DNA of 43,962 nt, taken from the NCBI GenBank assembly GCA_049433345.1, contig JBMTER010000001.1:1-43962 (forward strand), in the 5' to 3' direction. Source of the stretch: Gaiellales bacterium (GTDB lineage Bacteria > Actinomycetota > Thermoleophilia > Gaiellales > F1-60-MAGs149). Below the pieces are notes generated by a model. The model was not told where the DNA came from, made no database searches, and was given only the letters and a program-made list of their open reading frames with translations. Positions 13,606 through 22,671 of the stretch are shown piece by piece. Positions within the stretch are counted from its first letter, which is position 1. The number at the start of each line of letters is the position of its first letter. The position numbers and the translations under genes are program-made.

Positions 13606-14049
13606 ATGACCGCCATGGACCGAGCGGCGATCGAGGCCGTCATCCCGCACCGCGACCCGTTCCTCCTCGTCGACGAGATCGTCGAGCTCGAGCCCGGCGT
13701 GCGCGCCCACGGACGCTGGACGATCACCGGCGACGAGTGGTTCCTGCCCGGGCACTTCCCCGGCAATCCGATCGTGCCGGGCGTGATCATGGTCGAGGCG
13801 ATGGCCCAGACCGCGGCCGTCTGCGCCCTCACGCATCCCGACCACGCGGGCAAGTTCGGGGTCTTCGCGGGGATCGACGGCGTGCGCTTCCGGCGCATCG
13901 TGCGGCCCGGCGACGTGCTCGACATGGTGATCACGGTGGATCGGCTGCGCGGTCGCATCGGGCGGGTCAACGGCGAGGCGACGGTCGGCGGCGAGCCCGC
14001 CGTCGAGGGCGTGCTCACGTTCGGCCTGCTCGAGGAGCCGCCCGCGTGA
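13606..14049 (+). CDS. fabZ: 3-hydroxyacyl-ACP dehydratase FabZ
   Basis: ATG 13606 is preceded by GGGAGG. Motifs: IPHRDPFLLVDEI and HFPGNPIVPGVIMVEAMAQ (hot-dog dehydratase signature). Confidence 0.92.
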   Translation: MTAMDRAAIEAVIPHRDPFLLVDEIVELEPGVRAHGRWTITGDEWFLPGHFPGNPIVPGVIMVEAMAQTAAVCALTHPDHAGKFGVFAGIDGVRFRRIVRPGDVLDMVITVDRLRGRIGRVNGEATVGGEPAVEGVLTFGLLEEPPA

Positions 14050-15038
14050 TCGGCGCCGTCCCGAGCGACATCGCCATCGTCGCGGTCGGCGCGGCGATCC
14101 CGGAGCGCGTGCTCACGAACGACGAGATCTCGACCATGGTCGACACCGATGACGCGTGGATCGTGGAGCGCACCGGGATCCGCGAGCGCCGGATCGCCGC
14201 CGACGACCAGACGGTCACCTCGCTCGCGATCGACGCGGCGCGCCAGGCGCTGGACCGAGCCGACATCGCGCCCGCGGAGATCGACCTCGTGATCACCTCG
14301 ACGGCCTCCCCCGAGCGCTCGTTCCCCTCGATCTCGGCGCTCGTCGCGGACGACATCGGCGCGCACGGCGCCGGCGCGCTGGACGTGCTGGTCGCCTGCG
14401 CGGGCTTCGCGTACGCCCTCTCCCACGGCATCGCGCAGATCCAGGCGGGCTTCGCGAGCACGGTGCTGGTGATCGGTTCGGAGATCCTCTCCCGGATCAC
14501 CGACTGGGAGGATCGGGGCACCTGCATCCTGTTCGGCGACGGCGCGGGTGCCGTCATCCTGCGTCGCGGTGCCGCGCCGACGGTCGAGCCGGTCGCGGTC
14601 GAGCTCGGCGTCGACGGCTCGAAGGGCTTCGACCTGCATGGGGACCTGACGCCGCGCGACGGCAATCCCCTCGACAAGAACATCCGCATGAACGGCAACG
14701 CGGTCTACCGCTTCGCCACCCACGTGATCGTCGACTCCGCCCAGCGCGTGCTCGCGGCGGGCGGGTACGTGCGGGATGACGTCGACCTGCTGGTGCCGCA
14801 CCAGGCGAACCTGCGGATCATCGAGAGCGGCGTGCAGCGGCTCGGCTTTCCGATGGAGCGCACCGTGATCACGCTCGACCGCTATGGCAACACCTCCTCG
14901 GCGTCGATCCCGCTGTGCCTCGACCACGCGTGGACCACGGGGCGCCTGCAGCCCGGCCAGCGGCTGCTCCTGATGGGCCTCGGCGGCGGCCTCGCGTGGG
15001 GCACCTGCCTGATCCGCTGGATGGGGGAACCCGCATGA
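14046..15038 (+). CDS. fabH: beta-ketoacyl-ACP synthase III FabH
   Basis: GTG 14046 overlaps the fabZ stop (GTGA). Motifs: DAWIVERTGIRERR, active-site Cys in VACAGFAYAL, HQANLRII and GNTSSASIPL. Confidence 0.92.
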   Translation: MIGAVPSDIAIVAVGAAIPERVLTNDEISTMVDTDDAWIVERTGIRERRIAADDQTVTSLAIDAARQALDRADIAPAEIDLVITSTASPERSFPSISALVADDIGAHGAGALDVLVACAGFAYALSHGIAQIQAGFASTVLVIGSEILSRITDWEDRGTCILFGDGAGAVILRRGAAPTVEPVAVELGVDGSKGFDLHGDLTPRDGNPLDKNIRMNGNAVYRFATHVIVDSAQRVLAAGGYVRDDVDLLVPHQANLRIIESGVQRLGFPMERTVITLDRYGNTSSASIPLCLDHAWTTGRLQPGQRLLLMGLGGGLAWGTCLIRWMGEPA

Positions 15039-15958
15039 CCATCGCCTTCTGCTTTCCGGGCCAGGGCTCCCAGGCCGTCGGGATGGGCGTCGCCTTCGCG
15101 GACGCCTCGCCGGCTGCCGCGGCCGTTTTCGCCGAGGCCTCCGATGCCTTCGGCGACGATCTGCTCGGGCTCTGCAGGACCGGACCCCAGGAGGGCCTCG
15201 ACCGGACCGAGATCACGCAGCCCGCACTCACGGCGGCCTCCTGCGCGTGCCTGGCCGCCGTCCGCGAGGCCGGCCTCGACGCGGAGGTGGCGATCGGGCA
15301 CTCGGCGGGCGAGTACGCGGCGCTCGTCGCCGCCGGAATCCTGGGCGTCGGCGCCGCCGTGCGCCTGACCCCCCCGCGGGGCGAGGCGACGGCCGCCGCT
15401 GCCGCCCGCACGCCGGGCGCGATGGCCGCCGTGATCGGCCTTGAGGACGCCGAGGTGGAGGGGCTCTGCGACGGCATCGACGGGGTCTGGGTCGCGAACT
15501 ACAACTGCCCGGGCCAGATCGTCGTCTCGGGGGAGGACGCCGCAGTCGACCTGCTCGTCGCGGCCGCCGGCGAGGCCGGCGCGCGGCGGGCGATCAAGCT
15601 GGCCGTGTCGGGCGCGTTCCACTCGCCGTTGACGGCGGCCGCGGCCGACGACCTGCGACCCGCGCTCGAGGCCGTGACGTTCGCGCCGCCCGCGATCGGG
15701 TTCTTCTCGACCGTCACCTGCCGGCGTGAGGACGAGACCGGCCTGGCGGCGATCCTGATGGACCAGCTCGGCGCTCCCGTCCGCTTCACGCAGGCGATCC
15801 GGTCGCTCGCGGCTGACGGCGTCGGCACGTTCGTCGAGGTCGGGCCCGGCAACGTCCTCAGCGGCCTGATCCGCCGGATCGACCGCGACCTGACCGCTCT
15901 CTCGATCAGCGACCCGGAAGGGCTCGCGAAGGCACAGGAGGTGCTGGGCAATGGCTGA
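15035..15958 (+). CDS. fabD: malonyl-CoA:ACP transacylase FabD
   Basis: ATG 15035 overlaps the fabH stop (ATGA). Motifs: FCFPGQGSQAVGMG, active-site GHSAGEYAAL and VSGAFHSPL. Confidence 0.92.
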   Translation: MTIAFCFPGQGSQAVGMGVAFADASPAAAAVFAEASDAFGDDLLGLCRTGPQEGLDRTEITQPALTAASCACLAAVREAGLDAEVAIGHSAGEYAALVAAGILGVGAAVRLTPPRGEATAAAAARTPGAMAAVIGLEDAEVEGLCDGIDGVWVANYNCPGQIVVSGEDAAVDLLVAAAGEAGARRAIKLAVSGAFHSPLTAAAADDLRPALEAVTFAPPAIGFFSTVTCRREDETGLAAILMDQLGAPVRFTQAIRSLAADGVGTFVEVGPGNVLSGLIRRIDRDLTALSISDPEGLAKAQEVLGNG

Positions 15959-16706
15959 CCGACCGCTCGAGGGCCGCGTCACGCTGGTCACGGGGGGATC
16001 GCGTGGCATCGGCGCCGCGATCGCACGTGACCTGGCGGCGCACGGCGCCAAGGTCGCCGTCAACTACGCGGCCAATCGCGACGCGGCCGACGCCGTCGTC
16101 GCCGAGATCGGCGCCGCGGGCGGCACCGCCGTCGCGATCGGCGGCGACGTGGCCGATCCGGAGCAGGCCGCCGCGATGGTCGACCAGGCGGAGGAGGCGC
16201 TCGGCGACGACCTCTGGAACCTCGTCGCGAACGCCGGCATCACCCGCGACAACCTGATCTCGCGGATCACCCCGGAGGACTGGCAGCGCGTGATCGACGT
16301 CAACCTCGGTGGCACCTTCCACGTCTGCCGGGCCGCGTCGCGCAAGCTGCTGCGCAAGAAGCGCGGCGCGATCGTGACGATGTCGAGCGTGGTCGGCCTG
16401 CACGGCAACTTCGGGCAGACGAACTACGCGGCCTCGAAGGGCGGCGTGATCAGCCTGACCAAGGCCCTGGCGAAGGAGGTCGGATCGCGCGGCATCCGCG
16501 TCAACTGCGTCGCCCCGGGCTACATCTCGACGGAGCTGACCGACGTGCTCCCGGACGAGATCCGCGACGCGCTGCTCGCGCAGACCCCGCTCGGTCGCCT
16601 CGGCGAGCCGGAGGACATCGCCGGCACCGTGCGCTTCCTGCTCTCCGATGAGGCCGCGTTCGTCACCGGCGCCGTGCTGTCGGTCGACGGCGGCCTGGGG
16701 ATGTAG
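15951..16706 (+). CDS. fabG: 3-oxoacyl-ACP reductase FabG (SDR)
   Basis: 251-aa ORF overlapping fabD by 8 nt. Motifs: VTGGSRGIGAAIA, NAGI, and the catalytic YAASKGG. Confidence 0.9.
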   Translation: MADRPLEGRVTLVTGGSRGIGAAIARDLAAHGAKVAVNYAANRDAADAVVAEIGAAGGTAVAIGGDVADPEQAAAMVDQAEEALGDDLWNLVANAGITRDNLISRITPEDWQRVIDVNLGGTFHVCRAASRKLLRKKRGAIVTMSSVVGLHGNFGQTNYAASKGGVISLTKALAKEVGSRGIRVNCVAPGYISTELTDVLPDEIRDALLAQTPLGRLGEPEDIAGTVRFLLSDEAAFVTGAVLSVDGGLGM

Positions 16707-16708
16707 CC

Positions 16709-17953
16709 GTGCGTCGCGTCGTCGTCACCGGGATGGGGACCGTGAACCCCATCGCCAACAGCATCCCGGAGTTGGACGTCGCATTGCGCGAGGGCCGCTC
16801 CGGCGGTGCGCTGATCACGTCGTTCGACATCGCGGAGAGCCCGGTCAAGATCGGCTGCGAGGTGAAGGGCTTCGACCCCGAGGCCGTGATGGACCGCAAG
16901 GCGGCGCGGCGCACCAGTCGCTTCATCCACCTTGCGGTGGGGGCGGCCCGCGAGGCGGTCGAGTCGTCCGGCCTCGACATCCCGCCGGAGGGCGAGCGCG
17001 TGGGCGCCTCCATCGCGAGCGGCATCGGCGGCATGGACATGCAGCTCCTCGCCCATGCGCACTACCTGGAGAAGGGCATCGAGCGCTTCTCGCCGTTCTG
17101 GACGCCGGGGATCATCCCCAACATGGGCGCGGGCTACGTGTCGATGGAGTTCGGGACGCGGGGACCGCTCGCCTCGTCGAGCACGGCCTGTGCGGCGTCG
17201 TCGATGGCGATCGGCGACGCGGTCATGTACATCCGGGCCGGCATGGCCGATGCGATGCTCGCGGGCGGGGCCGAGTGCGGCGTCGTGCCGGTCGGCATCG
17301 GCGGCTTCCACGGGATCCGCGCGTGCTCGACCCGCAACGACGACCCGGCGGGCGCGAGCCGGCCCTTCGACGCGACCCGCGACGGCATCGTGCTCGGCGA
17401 GGCCGGCACGGTGCTCGTCCTGGAGGAGCTCGGGCATGCGCAGCGGCGCGGTGCGGAGATCCTCGCCGAGGTGACGGGCTACGGACTGTCGTCGGATGCG
17501 CGCCACGTCACCGAGCCGGATCCGACCGGCGAGAACCCGGCCCGCGCGATCACGAACGCGCTCGCGGACGCGGGCCGCAGCGCCGACGAGGTCGAGTACG
17601 TCAACGCCCACGGCACGTCGACTCCGGTCGGCGACGCCGCGGAGACGCGGGTGCTGAAGCGCGTCTTCGGGGAGCGCGCCCCACGGGTGCCGATCTCGTC
17701 GACGAAGTCGATGACGGGACACCTGCTGGGCGCCACCGGGGCGACGGAGGCGGCGATCTGCGTCCTCGCGATCCGCAACGGGTACGTGCCACCGACGATC
17801 AACCTGCACCATCCGGACCCCGAGTGCGATCTCGACTACGTCCCGAACGCCCTGCGCGAGCAGTCCGTCGGCGTCGCGATCTCGAACGGCTTCGGATTCG
17901 GCGGGCACAATGCGTGCCTGGTGATCGAGCGGTACGAGGAGAAGCGCGCCTGA
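16709..17953 (+). CDS. fabF: beta-ketoacyl-ACP synthase II FabF
   Basis: 414-aa ORF starting at GTG 16709, 2 nt after the fabG stop. Motifs: VVVTGMG, active-site STACAAS, NAHGTSTPVGD, and KSMTGHLLGATG with GFGGHNACL. Confidence 0.93.
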   Translation: MRRVVVTGMGTVNPIANSIPELDVALREGRSGGALITSFDIAESPVKIGCEVKGFDPEAVMDRKAARRTSRFIHLAVGAAREAVESSGLDIPPEGERVGASIASGIGGMDMQLLAHAHYLEKGIERFSPFWTPGIIPNMGAGYVSMEFGTRGPLASSSTACAASSMAIGDAVMYIRAGMADAMLAGGAECGVVPVGIGGFHGIRACSTRNDDPAGASRPFDATRDGIVLGEAGTVLVLEELGHAQRRGAEILAEVTGYGLSSDARHVTEPDPTGENPARAITNALADAGRSADEVEYVNAHGTSTPVGDAAETRVLKRVFGERAPRVPISSTKSMTGHLLGATGATEAAICVLAIRNGYVPPTINLHHPDPECDLDYVPNALREQSVGVAISNGFGFGGHNACLVIERYEEKRA

Positions 17954-18906
17954 TGGCCCCCGTCGAGGTCGACGTCGAACGGCCGGCTGGCGGCGACGAT
18001 CCGGGGCGCCGGCATCCGAACACGTGCCCGTCCTGCCGCTCGCACTACCGCGACGACGAGCTCCGCCACGCGCTCCGGGTCTGCGCGCAATGCGGTCACC
18101 ACTTCGCGGTCGGGGCGCTGGAGCGGATCGACCAGATCACCGACCCGGGCAGCTTCGTGGAGATCGGCGATGAGCTGCGCGCTGCCGACCCGCTGGCCTT
18201 CGTCGACCTGCGTCCCTACACCGACCGGCTGCTCGACGCCGAGCTCGCCACCGGCCTCGGTGACGCGCTCGTCGCGGGCACGGGGCTGATCGTCGGCCGG
18301 CCGGCGGCGCTGGCCGTGATGGACTTCGCCTTCATGGGCGGATCGATGGGCAGCGTGATGGGCGAGCGGTTCTGCCTCGCCGCCGACGCGGCCCTGGAGC
18401 GGGGGATCCCGCTGATCAGCGTCACCGCGTCCGGTGGGGCCCGCATGCAGGAGAACATCCTCGCGCTGATGCAGATGGCGAAGACCGTCGGCGCGGTCGA
18501 CCAGCTGCGCGAGGTCGGGGTCCCCTACATCTCGGTGCTCGCGCATCCGACCACCGGCGGCGTGATCGCCTCCTTCGCCTCCCTCGGGGACATCGTGATC
18601 GCCGAGCCGAACGCGCTCCTGTCGTTCGCCGGCCCGCGGGTCGTCGAGCAGACGACGGGGGAGAAGACCGCTCCCGACTTCGGGCGCGCGGAGTCGAACC
18701 TGCGCCTCGGCCAGCTCGACGCCGTCGTGCCGCGGCGCGAGCTGCGGGGCGAACTGGGTCGGCTGCTGCTCCTGTTCTCGCCGACGGAGGACGAGCCCAC
18801 CGGTGAGCAGGGCCCTCGGCCCCTGCCCGAGGACGTCACCCTCGCGGGCGCGGGACCGGTCGATCGCGTGCTCGGCCGCATCGGACTGGGGCGTCGTCGT
18901 GGTTAG
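17953..18906 (+). CDS. accD: acetyl-CoA carboxylase carboxyltransferase beta subunit AccD
   Basis: ATG 17953 overlaps the fabF stop by 1 nt (TGATG). It has an N-terminal zinc ribbon CPSC...CAQC, then AFMGGSMGSVMGE and SGGARMQE. Confidence 0.9.
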   Translation: MAPVEVDVERPAGGDDPGRRHPNTCPSCRSHYRDDELRHALRVCAQCGHHFAVGALERIDQITDPGSFVEIGDELRAADPLAFVDLRPYTDRLLDAELATGLGDALVAGTGLIVGRPAALAVMDFAFMGGSMGSVMGERFCLAADAALERGIPLISVTASGGARMQENILALMQMAKTVGAVDQLREVGVPYISVLAHPTTGGVIASFASLGDIVIAEPNALLSFAGPRVVEQTTGEKTAPDFGRAESNLRLGQLDAVVPRRELRGELGRLLLLFSPTEDEPTGEQGPRPLPEDVTLAGAGPVDRVLGRIGLGRRRG

Positions 18907-19783
18907 GGTCACCGACGAGGTACGACGCCTGCGCAAGCGCTTCGAGGCGCGGGCCGAGGAGTCGCAGGTCTGGGATGCGGTGCAGCTGGCGCGGCACGCC
19001 GAGCGGCCGTACACGCTCGACTACGCCGAGCGCCTGTTCACGGACGCGTTCGAGCTGCGTGGCGACCGGGCCTTCTCCGACGACGAGGCGCTGATCACGT
19101 TGCTGGCCCGCTACCACGGCCAGACGGTCGTCGCGATCGGCCACCAGAAGGGCCGCGACCTGGCGGAGCGGACGCGGCGAATGTTCGGGATGCCGCATCC
19201 GGAGGGGTACCGCAAGGCGATCCGCGCCGTCGAGCTCGCTGATCGCTTCGGCTATCCCGTCCTGACCTTCGTCGACACGCCCGGTGCGTATCCGGGCGTG
19301 AACGCGGAGGAGCGCGGCCAGGCCGGCATGATCGCCCGCTCGATCCTCGCGTTCTGCCAGGCGTCGGTGCCGATCGTGAGCACCGTGATCGGCGAGGGCG
19401 GCTCGGGTGGCGCGCTCGCCATCGCGGTCGGCGACCGCGTGCTGATGCAGGAGAACGCGATCTACAGCGTGATCTCCCCCGAGGGCTGCGCGGCGATCCT
19501 CTGGAAGGACGCAGGCCAGGCGCGCAAGGCCGCGTACGCCTTCCGGCCGACGGCGGGCGCCTGCCTCGACCTCGGCGTCGTCGATGCGATCGTGGATGAG
19601 CCCCGGGGCGGCGCGCACGAGGACGCCGATGAGGCGGCGCGCCTGCTCGATCAGGCGATCCGCGGCGCGCTCGCCGAGGCTGAGGCGATCTCGCCTGCGG
19701 CCCGCCGTGCCGCGCGCCGGGCGAAGTTCCGGCAGATGGGCGTGTGGGGCGTCGCCGATGAGGCCGGCGGCACGGTCGCCTGA
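18899..19783 (+). CDS. accA: acetyl-CoA carboxylase carboxyltransferase alpha subunit AccA
   Basis: Putative GTG 18899, giving an 8-nt overlap with accD. Motifs: ERPYTLDY, MFGMPHPEGYRKA, FVDTPGAYPGV and IGEGGSGGALA. The exact start is uncertain. Confidence 0.87.
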   Translation: MVRVTDEVRRLRKRFEARAEESQVWDAVQLARHAERPYTLDYAERLFTDAFELRGDRAFSDDEALITLLARYHGQTVVAIGHQKGRDLAERTRRMFGMPHPEGYRKAIRAVELADRFGYPVLTFVDTPGAYPGVNAEERGQAGMIARSILAFCQASVPIVSTVIGEGGSGGALAIAVGDRVLMQENAIYSVISPEGCAAILWKDAGQARKAAYAFRPTAGACLDLGVVDAIVDEPRGGAHEDADEAARLLDQAIRGALAEAEAISPAARRAARRAKFRQMGVWGVADEAGGTVA

Positions 19784-19784
19784 G

Positions 19785-20645
19785 TCACGGCACGAGCGGA
19801 AACGGGCGTCGCGCCAGGCCGATCGCGGCCTGCGCCGATACCCACACCGGGGTGATCGGGACGCCGCGCTGGTACGCGATCGAGCCGTCTGACCGGGCCA
19901 GGCGCCGCAGGTGCGCCTCGGCCGCGGCGTCGCGGCGACCGGCCGCGGCGAGGCCCTGGATCACCCAGGCCGTCGACTGGGCGTCGGACCGCGCACCTCG
20001 GGTCAGGGCATAGCCGCCATCCGCGGTGCGGAAGCGCCTGAGCGCGCGCAGCGCGCGTCGAATGCGGGGGTCGGAGCGCGGTACCCCGGCGGCGACGGCC
20101 GCTGCGATGCCGGATGCGGTGAGGTTCGAATCGCCGTCTCCGCCGGGCGCGACCGGCCAGCTGCCGTCCGGGTTCTGGTCGCGCAGGAGCGTGGCCCGCG
20201 CGGCCGCGGGTACGCGGCGCCCGAGCGCCCGCAGCGCGAGGATCCCGAACTGGTTCGAGGCCACTGTGGGACCGATCCGTCCGCCGCGAAGCTGACGTGT
20301 CAGCAGCGTGGTCAGGTTGCGGCCGCCGGCCCGTCGGGGATCGCGTCCCGCGGCGACCAGGGCGAGGATCGCGATCTGGACGTCGGTCGCCGAGCGCAGC
20401 TCGCCCGAGCGGCTGGCGATGCAGCCCGCCGCGGCGGAGGCGGAGCGGCCGGCGGCGACCAGGCCGAGGGCGGCCCAGGCGGTCAGGTTCGCCGACGGCG
20501 CGCCGCCGGGTTCAGCGGCGCAGCCGCGGGCATCGAGGCTGTTCGTCAGATAGGTCCCGACCCGGACCAACTCGGGGCTGCGTGCGCCTCCCGCGGCCGG
20601 TGCGAGCAGGAGCAGCGCGAGCGCGAGCAGCACCGCGCGCGTCAC
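19785..20645 (-). CDS. secreted prenyltransferase/squalene-oxidase-repeat (alpha/alpha-toroid) protein, last gene of the B12-riboswitch operon
   Basis: GTG 20643-20645 overlaps the upstream stop (GTGA) and is preceded by GGGGGAGG. It has the signal peptide VTRAVLLALALLLLAPAAGGA. Repeats of the prenyltransferase-like type are present: QNPDGSWP, TADGGYAL...AQSTAWVIQGLAAAG, SDGSIAYQ. Confidence 0.7.
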   Translation of the reverse strand: MTRAVLLALALLLLAPAAGGARSPELVRVGTYLTNSLDARGCAAEPGGAPSANLTAWAALGLVAAGRSASAAAGCIASRSGELRSATDVQIAILALVAAGRDPRRAGGRNLTTLLTRQLRGGRIGPTVASNQFGILALRALGRRVPAAARATLLRDQNPDGSWPVAPGGDGDSNLTASGIAAAVAAGVPRSDPRIRRALRALRRFRTADGGYALTRGARSDAQSTAWVIQGLAAAGRRDAAAEAHLRRLARSDGSIAYQRGVPITPVWVSAQAAIGLARRPFPLVP

Positions 20646-21274
20646 GGTCCCGCCTCCCCCGCGGTCGGCGGCGTGGTCCAGCGTCCGCGGACGCGGACGG
20701 CGCTGCGATCGACGAGAGCGATCAGCGAGGGACCGGTGAGGCCGAGGATGGTGGCCGTCGCGACTGCGTGGGCGATGTCGAAGGGAACCGCGCGCACGTG
20801 GATCGCCGCGAATGCGGTCAGGGACAGGGACGGCCCGAACGCGGCCAGTTGCCAGACGTCCATCAGGGCGCCGAACGCCGCGGAGACGACGACGCCGAGA
20901 CCGACGAGCGCCCAGCGCGAACGCCGCAGCGTCGGGGCGAGCAGGCCGCCCGCGAGTCCGGCGGCCCCCCACAGCAGCATCTGCCACGGCGTCCACGGGC
21001 CCTGGCCGAGGAAGGCGTTCGACACGAGGGCGCTACCGGCGCCGACGGCGACGCCGGCACGGGGTCCGAGCGCGACGCCCGCGATGATGGCGATCGCGGT
21101 GATGGGCTGGGCGCCGGGCACGGCGACGAAGAGGACGCGTCCGGCGCTGGCCGCGGCTATCAGCACGGCGACCAGCCCGATCTCTCGCGAGCCGGACCGG
21201 CCGCGCTCGTAGAGGGCGAGCCCGGCGACCAGGAGGACGAGCCCGCCGAGGGCGACCAGCGCTCCCGCGCTCAT
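20642..21274 (-). CDS. ECF-transporter S-component-like integral membrane protein
   Basis: Last 210 codons of ORF 20642..22483. ATG 21272-21274 overlaps the ATPase stop (ATGA). It is a roughly six-TM hydrophobic protein with AQPITAIAIIAGVALGPRAGVAVGAGSALVSNAFLGQGPWTPWQMLLWG, which I recognise as ECF S-component-like. Confidence 0.68.
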   Translation of the reverse strand: MSAGALVALGGLVLLVAGLALYERGRSGSREIGLVAVLIAAASAGRVLFVAVPGAQPITAIAIIAGVALGPRAGVAVGAGSALVSNAFLGQGPWTPWQMLLWGAAGLAGGLLAPTLRRSRWALVGLGVVVSAAFGALMDVWQLAAFGPSLSLTAFAAIHVRAVPFDIAHAVATATILGLTGPSLIALVDRSAVRVRGRWTTPPTAGEAGP

Positions 21275-22671
21275 CGTGCCGCCTCGCGTACCGCCTCGGG
21301 AATGGGCTCGCCGGTCACCAGTCGCCCATCGCCGACGATCCAGAGCGCGTGCGCGGTGGCGCGCACGAAGGCCCGGTCGTGCGTGGCGGTGATCACCGAG
21401 AGGCCTCGGGCGTGACGCTCGCCGAGGATTCGCACGAGAGTCGCCCGGTGCGCGGCGTCCATGCCTCGGGTCGGCTCGTCGAGGAGCAGAATCGTGGGAT
21501 CGACGGCGAGGGCCGCGGCGATCGCGACGCGCTCGCGCTCGCCGACGGAGAGATCGCGCGGATGCCGCTCGAGCAGTTCCGACAGGCCGAGGTCGGCGAT
21601 CGCGCGGTCGGCCGGGCCCGGGGGCATGCCGAGCGCGTCCGCGCCGCGGCGTATCTCCGCCTCCGCCGTCGCCTCGAGCAGCGTGCGCCCGGGATCCTGC
21701 GGCACGAGGCGGATCTCCGGCACTCGCTCGGCGGCGGGAACGCCTGTGAGATCGCGGCGCGCGGTCCGGATCGCGCCCGCGAGCGGGGCGTCGAGGCCCG
21801 CGATCGCGCGCATGAGCGTCGACTTGCCGGCGCCGTTCGGTCCGGTCTGGGCGATCGACGCCCCCGTGGGGCGCGAGGCGCTGGCGCCGCGCAGGACGCG
21901 CCGCCCGCCGCGGTCGAGCTCGACCCCCTCGAGGACGAGCGCCGGCTCGGCCGCGCGCCCGGGGGCGGGCGCCGACCGCGGGTAGGACGGTGCGGCGGGT
22001 GCAGCGCCGATGCGACCGGCGACGATCCCCAGCACCTCGTCTGCCAGGTGCCCGACGCGGTCGGTGCGGTGTTCGGAGATCACGATCGCCAGGCCGCGGT
22101 CCGCGAAGCGGCGCAGGTGGCCGACGAGCTCGCAGGCGGCGTCGTCGTCGAGCTGGGCGGTGGGCTCGTCGAGCAGGAGCAGGGCGGGCTCGGGGGCCAG
22201 CACGGCGGCGAGGGCGACGCGCTGGCGCTCGCCGCTCGAAAGGGCATCGAGGCGCCGGCCGACCAGGTGCTCGCAGCCGACGGCGGCGAGCGCTGCGCGC
22301 GCCGCCGGCAGGATCCGCTCCTGCGCCCAGCCCCGGCACTGCAGTCCGTAGGCGACGTCCCGGAGCGTCTCGCCCATGACACCCTGGGCCTCGGGCTCCT
22401 GGAACAGGAAGCCGATCCGCTGCGCGAGGGCGCTCGGCTGGGCGGTGCGCAGGTCCAGTCCGGCGACGCTGCCGACGCCCCATGCCTCGCCGCCGTGGAA
22501 GGCCGGCGCGAGACCGGCGAGGACGCGAAGCAGGGTGGTCTTGCCGCCGCCGGATGGTCCTTCGAGGATCACGATCCGGCCCGGATCGACGACGAGGTCG
22601 ATGTCTCGCAGGCTCGGCGTGTCGGCACCGGGGTAGCGGTAGCCCACGCCTGCCAGCGCGATCGCGCTCAT
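21271..22671 (-). CDS. ECF transporter ATPase, fused EcfA-EcfA' (two ABC domains)
   Basis: ATG 22669-22671 lies within ORF 21271..23229. Each ABC motif occurs twice: Walker A (GPSGGGKTT; GPNGAGKST), signature (LSSGERQRV; LSVGERERV) and Walker B (LLLLDEPT; ILLLDEPT). Confidence 0.9.
   Translation of the reverse strand: MSAIALAGVGYRYPGADTPSLRDIDLVVDPGRIVILEGPSGGGKTTLLRVLAGLAPAFHGGEAWGVGSVAGLDLRTAQPSALAQRIGFLFQEPEAQGVMGETLRDVAYGLQCRGWAQERILPAARAALAAVGCEHLVGRRLDALSSGERQRVALAAVLAPEPALLLLDEPTAQLDDDAACELVGHLRRFADRGLAIVISEHRTDRVGHLADEVLGIVAGRIGAAPAAPSYPRSAPAPGRAAEPALVLEGVELDRGGRRVLRGASASRPTGASIAQTGPNGAGKSTLMRAIAGLDAPLAGAIRTARRDLTGVPAAERVPEIRLVPQDPGRTLLEATAEAEIRRGADALGMPPGPADRAIADLGLSELLERHPRDLSVGERERVAIAAALAVDPTILLLDEPTRGMDAAHRATLVRILGERHARGLSVITATHDRAFVRATAHALWIVGDGRLVTGEPIPEAVREAAR

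Noticed and set aside
13548-14927. Upstream 460 codons of the 707-aa ORF that ends as birA
   Set aside because: This part is antisense to fabZ and fabH, which have clear catalytic motifs. Only the last ~247 codons look like a biotin ligase.
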